Positions 27,147-33,505 of a stretch of 53,698 nt of DNA are shown piece by piece. The notes below the pieces were generated by a model. It was not told the DNA's origin, searched no databases, and saw only the letters and a list, made by a program, of their open reading frames with translations. This DNA comes from a virus. How positions within the stretch are numbered: position 1 is the stretch's first letter; each line of letters starts with the position of its first letter. The translations under genes were made by a program, and so were the position numbers. The stretch lies in IMG/VR virus record IMGVR_UViG_3300028925_012628; one strand, given 5' to 3'.

Positions 27147-27288
27147 TAAGCTGACCCAAATGTTTGGGCTCCCGTTTAACTATTGGTGCCGACTGTGTGC
27201 CGATGTGCGGGTTGAGAGCCCTGATAAACTATGTCTTACATGCTGGCAAGAAGGTCAGCTAGAGGAGGTGAAGGATGAGACTGACTGA
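27139..27288 (+). CDS. Small zinc-ribbon protein (49 aa; CRLC...CLTC)
   Basis: Hand-found ORF MTDKLTQMFGLPFNYWCRLCADVRVESPDKLCLTCWQEGQLEEVKDETD; GGAGGTGAAGGATGA junction. Confidence 0.55.
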   Translation: MTDKLTQMFGLPFNYWCRLCADVRVESPDKLCLTCWQEGQLEEVKDETD

Positions 27289-27673
27289 CAAGAGCGTGTA
27301 TGTATACTTCAACCTGCATAAGAAACTATGGAGTGTGAAGTCACGTAAGACTAAGCGTGTGCTGTACCACACAGAAGTTGTGCTGCTGTACGACTGCAAG
27401 TTTAAGGTGAGCCAAGCTGGACGTAAGCGTGTACTCAAAGAGAAGCGTAAGAACGTACATGCTGGTGTCACTGGTGAGCTTGACTGGATTGGACACAAGC
27501 AAGCATCGTTCAGAACACCGCATGGATTTGAGGCACCAGTGTCTGTGACGTATGACCCGTACAAGTATGAGTCATTCGTTCGCAAGGATAACTTGGAGCC
27601 TGTAGCTCGTGCGATCTTTTGTAGTATGGATATTAACAATAACAATAAGGTGCTGGCTTGGCATCTGCAATAG
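27275..27673 (+). CDS. Hypothetical basic protein (132 aa)
   Basis: Track ORF; GGAGGTGAAGGATGA junction. Confidence 0.6.
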   Translation: MRLTDKSVYVYFNLHKKLWSVKSRKTKRVLYHTEVVLLYDCKFKVSQAGRKRVLKEKRKNVHAGVTGELDWIGHKQASFRTPHGFEAPVSVTYDPYKYESFVRKDNLEPVARAIFCSMDINNNNKVLAWHLQ

Positions 27674-27679
27674 GAGAGT

Positions 27680-27979
27680 ATGATGAGTGATGTAAATTAT
27701 GACAAGGTTCCCGTGGCTTCTATGGTTGGTAGCGTGAAGCTGTACATTGAAGAAGGCATTGACGGTGGTGGTTTCTTATTTGCCCTGTTGTCAAACAACT
27801 TAGGACAGGCATTCTGTCGTGCTGATTCCGACAACACCAAAGCAATGAAGGAGTGGGTTATGTTCTTGTACAACCAAGCACCTAGTGATTGCTGGGGTTC
27901 CAAGGAAAAAGTTCAGGCTTGGATTAAAGATGGTGGTATTACTGGACTTTATAAAATGAAAGAGGTGGCGGATGTTTAG
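27680..27979 (+). CDS. Hypothetical protein (99 aa)
   Basis: Track ORF; AGGAGAG upstream of the ATGATG. Confidence 0.6.
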   Translation: MMSDVNYDKVPVASMVGSVKLYIEEGIDGGGFLFALLSNNLGQAFCRADSDNTKAMKEWVMFLYNQAPSDCWGSKEKVQAWIKDGGITGLYKMKEVADV

Positions 27980-28029
27980 TCGGACAAGTAGTCGGACAAG
28001 GTGACCAAAATGTCCGAGTAGTATATAAT
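27978..28029 (+). promoter_or_regulatory. Candidate sigma70-type promoter (GTGACC-17 nt-TATAAT) flanked by three TCGGACA operator-like repeats
   Basis: AGTCGGACAAG at 27978-27988 and 27990-28000, with an inverted TGTCCGA at 28011-28017. The -35-like element is at 28001-28006 and TATAAT at 28024-28029. Confidence 0.4.
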
Positions 28030-28120
28030 CAGGATGTTGTTTGGTCGGGGGATTTCACCTCTCCTCCGGCTCTGCCCTGAGCATGGCATTAAACTGCTCA
28101 TTTTTTAATGGAGTAATCTT

Positions 28121-28225
28121 ATGGATGATATGCAACACAGCCTGCTAATAGCAGGGACACTATTCTTTATCGGCCTGCTGACGTGGGCATCTATCATAGA
28201 CAGGAGACAAGGTCATGATCAGTAG
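28121..28225 (+). CDS. Possible 34-aa membrane peptide
   Basis: Hand-found ORF MDDMQHSLLIAGTLFFIGLLTWASIIDRRQGHDQ. GGAG upstream; overlaps the next gene's start. Confidence 0.35.
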   Translation: MDDMQHSLLIAGTLFFIGLLTWASIIDRRQGHDQ

Positions 28226-28739
28226 AGCTGACCCGAAGATCGTCGATGAAATACAAACACTTTACAGGATGGGTGTGCACTGTGCAAAATTGCATCAGCA
28301 TTACAGCCAGCATTGCAGCATCTACCAAGTCAGAAGGATTTGTAAGCGACTACCTCGTGATCTAAGAGAAGATAGAATACTCAAGATGTGGAGTGATGGG
28401 AGTACGTGCAATGAGATAGTATCCACAACAGGACTATCAATCTCAACGGTACGTAGCACAACCAAGGGCATCACGGGTGGGTGGAAGGACACCATCTTTC
28501 ACTGCAACTATTGCGGCAAGGAGTTTGAACAACGGAGATTCAAGAACGGATCTTTCTGCCGTCGTGAATGCAAGCGTCGAGCGATAGTAAAGAAGCTGTC
28601 GCTCAAGAAGTTCAAACGCTACGAAGAGATGTGCAGGCTACGATCTGAGGGCATGACGTACCAGTCCATCGCCAACCAGTACAACTTATCCAGACAACGA
28701 GTGCATGCAATCGTGCACCTTGACCGAGAAGATGTTTAG
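28215..28739 (+). CDS. Multi-HTH transcription regulator candidate with a central zinc ribbon (sigma-70 region 4 / resolvase-type HTH units)
   Basis: Track ORF, 174 aa. ILKMWSDGSTCNEIVSTTGLSISTVRS and MCRLRSEGMTYQSIANQYNLSRQRVHAIV look HTH-like; zinc ribbon CNYCGKEF...CRRECKRR. Confidence 0.55.
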   Translation: MISRADPKIVDEIQTLYRMGVHCAKLHQHYSQHCSIYQVRRICKRLPRDLREDRILKMWSDGSTCNEIVSTTGLSISTVRSTTKGITGGWKDTIFHCNYCGKEFEQRRFKNGSFCRRECKRRAIVKKLSLKKFKRYEEMCRLRSEGMTYQSIANQYNLSRQRVHAIVHLDREDV

Positions 28740-28786
28740 TGCTACCCTTATAGGTAGTTAATATTAACCCCAAGATTTAGGAGAAC

Positions 28787-29161
28787 ATGATGGCTGATCT
28801 AAATTCAGTAGCCCTCACGGGACGGCTGACCGCTGAACCTGAGATAAAAACATTAGGTGCCGACAGCAAGGTGGCTAACTTTAGCCTAGCTGTTAACGAG
28901 TATAGGAAGGGTGATCCAGATGCAGTTAGTTTCATCTCGATTGCTGCGTGGAATAAGACTGCGGATGTTGTCGAGCAGTACCTTCACAAGGGTAGCCAAG
29001 TAGCTATCAAGGGACGCATGTCACAGTCACGCTGGGAGAAAGACGGCAAGAAGCAGAGTAAGATTCAAGTTAACTGTGAGTCGTTGACGTTACTAGGTGG
29101 CAAGCCAAAGGGTGAAGAGTCTGCACCAACCAAGGTAAGCAAACAGGATAGCCCATTTTAA
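28787..29161 (+). CDS. ssb: Single-stranded DNA-binding protein
   Basis: Track ORF, 124 aa. OB-fold SSB pattern NSVALTGRLTAEPEIK...FSLAVN...FISIAAWNKTADVVEQYLHKGSQVAIKGRMSQSRWEKDG, plus a C-terminal acidic/aromatic tip ending in DSPF. Confidence 0.85.
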   Translation: MMADLNSVALTGRLTAEPEIKTLGADSKVANFSLAVNEYRKGDPDAVSFISIAAWNKTADVVEQYLHKGSQVAIKGRMSQSRWEKDGKKQSKIQVNCESLTLLGGKPKGEESAPTKVSKQDSPF

Positions 29162-29180
29162 TTTTGTATTAGGAGGCAGT

Positions 29181-29504
29181 GTGAAAAGGTTTACGAAAGA
29201 GGAAGTGTACCAGATCAAGAAGGGACACATGGTTGTCGTCACTAGAACTACAGACATGAAAGACTGGGAAGAGATTAAAGAAACCATGCGACTTGCTAAC
29301 AGTGGCGAGGATCATGGTGACTTAGAACATCTAGTTCAGCGTGGCATGTTTGTCCGCAGGAGTGATGACACAATAACTATTGATATCACTGACGAGGGAG
29401 AGAAAACATTTCCAGTTAGGAGTGTTCTCATCAGTGTGCCAACAGACTTTTTAGAAAGGGATGAATATGGAAACGGCCACAAAGAAGAAGACGAGAGTGT
29501 CTAA
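29181..29504 (+). CDS. Hypothetical protein (107 aa, GTG start)
   Basis: Track ORF; AGGAGG lies 4 nt upstream of the GTG. Confidence 0.55.
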   Translation: MKRFTKEEVYQIKKGHMVVVTRTTDMKDWEEIKETMRLANSGEDHGDLEHLVQRGMFVRRSDDTITIDITDEGEKTFPVRSVLISVPTDFLERDEYGNGHKEEDESV

Positions 29505-29736
29505 CGCTCAGCTCAAGAAGGAGATAGCAGCATACGATGCCGTTGTTAAAGCAATGGCTGAGGAAACTGCGGCTCTGACTATCCAGGTAGCTACGCTACA
29601 AGAAGCGTTGCTGCGAGTTGTTGGACAGTGGGATGTTCAGATGCAACAGATTGGTGGTGCAGTGCAGGAAGTTGTGTTGCGTATCAACACGTTGACTGCT
29701 GGCATTGAAGCCGAGCCTGTTGAACAAGAGAACTAA
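29461..29736 (+). CDS. Coiled-coil hypothetical protein (91 aa)
   Basis: Track ORF. Confidence 0.5.
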   Translation: MNMETATKKKTRVSNAQLKKEIAAYDAVVKAMAEETAALTIQVATLQEALLRVVGQWDVQMQQIGGAVQEVVLRINTLTAGIEAEPVEQEN

Positions 29737-30167
29737 TGCAGTACTACGGATACATCCTTAGCGGCGACGAGTATGATCAGTGTGATGATCAATGGCTTGG
29801 TCGCATGGCTAATGGTGATGTCTGTGGTGGCATCTTTTCTGACTGGGCCTCGCATGAATACACTGCCTTCAAGGATCGTCCAGCGGGCAAGAAATTGTGG
29901 GCGATTCTAAAGGCTGGTGATATAATTGTAATACCATATGTGCATACCATGTTTCGGTATGCCGCTGACTATCGCAATCTTATAAGTGAGTCGAATGAAC
30001 TGGGTGTGACTGTCCTCATTGAGGGCGTATCACCTATGGCAAGAGAAGGCATGCGTGTACTAGCTGACGCTGACCACCGTGGAAGATCACGGGTTATCAG
30101 AAGAGGCAAGGCCAAGCGTGAACATCGAAAGGAAAAAGGAGATGTCGAAACGAAGACCGAGAGTTGA
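29736..30167 (+). CDS. Hypothetical protein with faint resemblance to a serine-recombinase catalytic domain
   Basis: Track ORF, 143 aa. YGYILSGDEYDQ and GDIIVIPYVHTMFRYAADYRNLISESNELGVTVLIEG loosely parallel resolvase motifs. The catalytic Ser/Arg context is not conserved. Confidence 0.3.
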   Translation: MQYYGYILSGDEYDQCDDQWLGRMANGDVCGGIFSDWASHEYTAFKDRPAGKKLWAILKAGDIIVIPYVHTMFRYAADYRNLISESNELGVTVLIEGVSPMAREGMRVLADADHRGRSRVIRRGKAKREHRKEKGDVETKTES

Positions 30168-30399
30168 GGTCGAAAAGAACTACAAACGTGAGGGTAAGTC
30201 AGCAGCTAGGGTAGCTAAAAAGGCTAGTAAAACAGACCTAATACTAGCCAAGGCTGAGCTCGCTAACGCTAAGGCCAGTAAGCGTAAGGCACTCTTTGCC
30301 TTAATTGCTATCGGGTTAGTGGCGTACCTTGTATTATCCTCTGGGGCAGGTGCGGGTATACTAGATAAGATAAAGACTTTCATTCCGATAGGAGAATAG
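30142..30399 (+). CDS. Membrane protein (85 aa; basic N-terminus, one TM segment)
   Basis: In-frame ATG in track ORF 30079..30399, preceded by AAGGAG. TM segment ALFALIAIGLVAYLVLSSGAGAG. Confidence 0.55.
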   Translation: MSKRRPRVEVEKNYKREGKSAARVAKKASKTDLILAKAELANAKASKRKALFALIAIGLVAYLVLSSGAGAGILDKIKTFIPIGE

Positions 30400-30400
30400 C

Positions 30401-30628
30401 ATGAGTAAGATCAAAGATATATTAGCTGCGATCAAAACAAAGGACACGTTGACTGCGTGTATTGTTGCAGTGCTCACGGTGATTGGCACCATAATCAACA
30501 ACACAATTGGCGGTGAGAATCCTCTGATTGGCAATGAGTTTATTGTCACTGTTGGTGGCGGCATCAGTGCTTTCCTAATGGGGTCACATCGCAAGACGCA
30601 AACGCCAGCAGGAAAAGACAGTGAGTGA
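30401..30628 (+). CDS. Two-TM membrane protein (holin-like topology)
   Basis: Track ORF, 75 aa, two hydrophobic segments; AGGAGAA RBS. Confidence 0.5.
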   Translation: MSKIKDILAAIKTKDTLTACIVAVLTVIGTIINNTIGGENPLIGNEFIVTVGGGISAFLMGSHRKTQTPAGKDSE

Positions 30629-30878
30629 AATTCAAGACCTCAGCAAAGATGTATCACGCATAGAGATTAAGGTCGAGCAGGTGCTCACCGAGATACAGCC
30701 TATGTGTAAACTCTATCGTGGCAATGGCAAGCCAGGCATTGACGTTCGTATGTCATTAGCCGAGGACAACCTGATCGATATGAAGGAGTCCACCAAGTGG
30801 GCAACACGCACAGCACTCACTGCTATCATCAGTGCAGCGGGCACAGCGTTGTGGTACATCATTACAAAAAATCAGTAA
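30621..30878 (+). CDS. C-terminally anchored membrane protein (85 aa, GTG start)
   Basis: Track ORF; C-terminal TM segment TALTAIISAAGTALWYII. Confidence 0.5.
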   Translation: MSEIQDLSKDVSRIEIKVEQVLTEIQPMCKLYRGNGKPGIDVRMSLAEDNLIDMKESTKWATRTALTAIISAAGTALWYIITKNQ

Positions 30879-30923
30879 AGACTGTTGCATTGTCTACCGA
30901 TATAGGTAGAATAAGGAGACAAG

Positions 30924-31103
30924 ATGGATGGGTACTGGACGGTAGCTGAAGCTGCTGAAGCAATCGGAGTAACCACTGGACGTATTCGCCAGATGTTAAG
31001 GGCAGATATTATAAGTGGTAAGAAGATAGGTCCACGCATGTGGGTTATCGGAGACGAAGAAGTACAACGAGTTTGCAAAGGACGACAAGGTGCTAGTACT
31101 TAA
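30924..31103 (+). CDS. Small HTH DNA-binding protein (excisionase/MerR-like, 59 aa)
   Basis: Hand-found ORF MDGYWTVAEAAEAIGVTTGRIRQMLRADIISGKKIGPRMWVIGDEEVQRVCKGRQGAST, one residue below the track cutoff. AAGGAG lies 5 nt upstream. Confidence 0.65.
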   Translation: MDGYWTVAEAAEAIGVTTGRIRQMLRADIISGKKIGPRMWVIGDEEVQRVCKGRQGAST

Positions 31104-31275
31104 AAGAAAACAAGGCGAAGTTATTACCATCGGTGATGAAATTGAGATTCATATCATCAAGGTTTATTCCGACAGGGTAAGTGTTGGGGTCATCGCCCCT
31201 GACAACGTAGCCGTGCATCGAAAGGAAGTTGCTGAGCAAATTAAGTCTCAGCTTAAAGATGAGCCTGCTGACTAG
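31090..31275 (+). CDS. csrA: CsrA/RsmA-family RNA-binding regulator homologue
   Basis: Track ORF, 61 aa. It aligns without gaps to my recollection of the E. coli CsrA sequence (also 61 aa), with about 22 identities. Conserved elements include ML.L.R..GE, IGDE, GV.AP..V.VHR.E. GTG start; overlaps the upstream HTH gene by 14 nt. Confidence 0.8.
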   Translation: MLVLKRKQGEVITIGDEIEIHIIKVYSDRVSVGVIAPDNVAVHRKEVAEQIKSQLKDEPAD

Positions 31276-31612
31276 CAACTTTGATATCAACGATGAAGAG
31301 GCAAAGATAATTGGCAACAGGGTTGCAGTCCTGTTAGCTAGAGGGAACTTTGATGCAGCATACAATGCTGTGACGATGGCAGAGTTTTCCATACAAGACA
31401 AACCGAATGCTGTGTTACATGATGTACCACTAGCACAGTCGACACTAAACGTGCGGCTGCTTAACTTGTTAGAGTGCTACCAGATATTTACCTTTGGTGA
31501 TCTAGCAGGTCGGACGATAGAGTGGTTCATCTCTCTGCCTAACGCAGGTGATGTGGCTCTCGGTGAATTGCAGGATGTAATCGCATACGAGATAAAGAGG
31601 AGAAGACAATGA
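31259..31612 (+). CDS. Protein with an RNA polymerase alpha-subunit C-terminal-domain-like (HhH) module
   Basis: In-frame ATG in track ORF 31229..31612. STLNVRLLNLLECYQIFTFGDLAGRTIEWFISLPNAGDVALGELQDVIA fits the alpha-CTD pattern L.VR..N.L....I...GDL...T......PN.G.....E..DV.A. Confidence 0.6.
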   Translation: MSLLTSNFDINDEEAKIIGNRVAVLLARGNFDAAYNAVTMAEFSIQDKPNAVLHDVPLAQSTLNVRLLNLLECYQIFTFGDLAGRTIEWFISLPNAGDVALGELQDVIAYEIKRRRQ

Positions 31613-31905
31613 AAGAGGTAGAACATAGCGTAAGGATGTTGATGCAGGTAGGTGAGAACACACGCTACGTACAAAAGTTCTTCGATGTAATTGTGAACGA
31701 GGAAATAGAGACACGAACATTGACGTGCATGTCAGGTGGCCATACCTACGTGTACATCTTTACCCCAGACACCGCTTGGGACTGCATGGAAAAAGCATTT
31801 GACCATGCAATGAGCGATGATCTGACCCTGACCCTAGATGATGCGGAGGCATTGTCGATTACTATGGAGGAAATTATCAATGGCAAAGGAACTTTTGAAA
31901 TGTAG
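31609..31905 (+). CDS. Hypothetical protein (98 aa)
   Basis: Track ORF; ATGA overlap; GAGGAG RBS. Confidence 0.55.
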   Translation: MKEVEHSVRMLMQVGENTRYVQKFFDVIVNEEIETRTLTCMSGGHTYVYIFTPDTAWDCMEKAFDHAMSDDLTLTLDDAEALSITMEEIINGKGTFEM

Positions 31906-32713
31906 CAGTGCGGAATACTTCGCACGACCAGAAGTTAACAACTCTTCTATGAAATGCTTTAGGCAATCTGGACCGTGGTCTTACTACCACAATTGCGAAT
32001 GCCGTAGCATCAGTGAACCTAAGAGATCAGACGCTATGCGTATCGGTTCTCTGTTCCATAAGCATATGGAATGCTTGACGCTAGGTGAGCAGCTGATTGA
32101 CCACTGTCATGTGCTGCCTACCCACATGGATGGTGACCCGATTAACAATCGCAAGCCAGCCCACCGTGAGTATCTCTCTACCTTCAAGGAGGATGCAGAG
32201 AACAGCGATAAGATCTGGGCAACTGAGGATGAGGTGTATCAGGTATTGCAGATGTGCGAGACCTCAGTCAACAGCGGTGCAGCTAACGACTTGATGAGTG
32301 CAAAGGGACTAATCCCTGAAGCTGTAGCTACCAATCGCATAGAGGATATTGATGTTAAAGCAATGAGTGACCTGTATCATCCAGACAATAATGTGCTGGT
32401 TGACTTCAAAACTACTCGTTGTGCGGACAGCTCGGCCTTCACAAGGGAAGCCATTTTTAAATATGGCTACCACTTTCAGGCGGCACACTACTGCGATGTC
32501 TTCGAGGCTAAACAGTTCTTCATCATAGCGGTGAGAAACTTTGAACCTTATGAGACCATGGTGTATGAGGTACCCCCAGCTTTGATTGAAGAAGCTAGGG
32601 AAATTAATCACGAGACCCTTCGACAGATTCGTGACTGTCGTGAACTGGGTACGTGGCACAGCCCCGGATGGGGAAAAGTTATTACGTTGGAGAAAGACTA
32701 TGACAAAAAGTAA
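31880..32713 (+). CDS. PD-(D/E)XK exonuclease, RecE/DUF3799-like
   Basis: In-frame ATG in track ORF 31838..32713 with a GGAGGA RBS. Motifs GSLFHKHME and VDFKTTRCADSSAFTREAIFKYGYHFQAAHY. Confidence 0.65.
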   Translation: MAKELLKCSSAEYFARPEVNNSSMKCFRQSGPWSYYHNCECRSISEPKRSDAMRIGSLFHKHMECLTLGEQLIDHCHVLPTHMDGDPINNRKPAHREYLSTFKEDAENSDKIWATEDEVYQVLQMCETSVNSGAANDLMSAKGLIPEAVATNRIEDIDVKAMSDLYHPDNNVLVDFKTTRCADSSAFTREAIFKYGYHFQAAHYCDVFEAKQFFIIAVRNFEPYETMVYEVPPALIEEAREINHETLRQIRDCRELGTWHSPGWGKVITLEKDYDKK

Positions 32714-33278
32714 CATGACTTTGTGGGATTCAGTATCGGTTACTGATCCAGACACAACTCGTAAGGTTAATCAGCGTGGCGGGTTCACTGCCATCTGTGC
32801 TCAGGCTCAGCTGAAGACAGCCACAGAACTATGGGGTCCATACGGTGACGCATGGGGACTGGCTGAACTTAAGTGGGAGTACATCAAGGCAGGCGATACG
32901 ATCTCTGAAGTCGCACTGACTGCGGAGTTCTACTACCCGAAAGGTAGCTTCACCATGAGTAATGACATGGTGTACAAGGTGGGTAATGAGACTCGCAAGA
33001 AACTTATCACTGACATGCGTAGCAAATGTCTGTCGACGCTAGGGTTTAACAGTGATGTGTTCGAAGGACTCTACGATGACAACCGGTATGTTGAGAAGGC
33101 ACGAGCCACTGTTAACAACAAGGCTGTTGTAGAGCGAGCGACCAATGCTATCTCTGAGGCTACCACTAAGGAAACCTTGGACAAAATTAAGGGTTACTAT
33201 ACAACCCTTGACCTTGACCGTCCGGTGTTGTCTAAGCTCAACAAGCTGTGGGATGCACGGATTGCGGAGGTGGCATGA
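32700..33278 (+). CDS. Single-strand annealing protein candidate (Rad52/Sak-like)
   Basis: In-frame ATG in track ORF 32586..33278. RKVNQRGGFTAICAQAQLKTATELWGPYGDAWGL fits the Rad52-family N-terminal pattern. It sits next to the exonuclease. Confidence 0.45.
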   Translation: MTKSNMTLWDSVSVTDPDTTRKVNQRGGFTAICAQAQLKTATELWGPYGDAWGLAELKWEYIKAGDTISEVALTAEFYYPKGSFTMSNDMVYKVGNETRKKLITDMRSKCLSTLGFNSDVFEGLYDDNRYVEKARATVNNKAVVERATNAISEATTKETLDKIKGYYTTLDLDRPVLSKLNKLWDARIAEVA

Positions 33279-33505
33279 TGCCAGACGAAGGACTCGACTT
33301 CACCTTTGTTGCCTTGGTTGTAGATCATTTGGTCTACGCCAAGAACAAGGAGGACTTGGATCGTATATCTCTGCACGTAAACAACGCAGAGGATTTAAAC
33401 AAGGAAACATTAGACATGCTACGTGACTTATGGACGGCACGTAAGCGTCACTTAGAAAGGATTAAAGCAGATGAGTCAGCCAATGCTTTGGGACAAGGTA
33501 GTTAA
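33275..33505 (+). CDS. Hypothetical protein (76 aa)
   Basis: In-frame ATG in track ORF 33248..33505. Confidence 0.45.
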   Translation: MMPDEGLDFTFVALVVDHLVYAKNKEDLDRISLHVNNAEDLNKETLDMLRDLWTARKRHLERIKADESANALGQGS

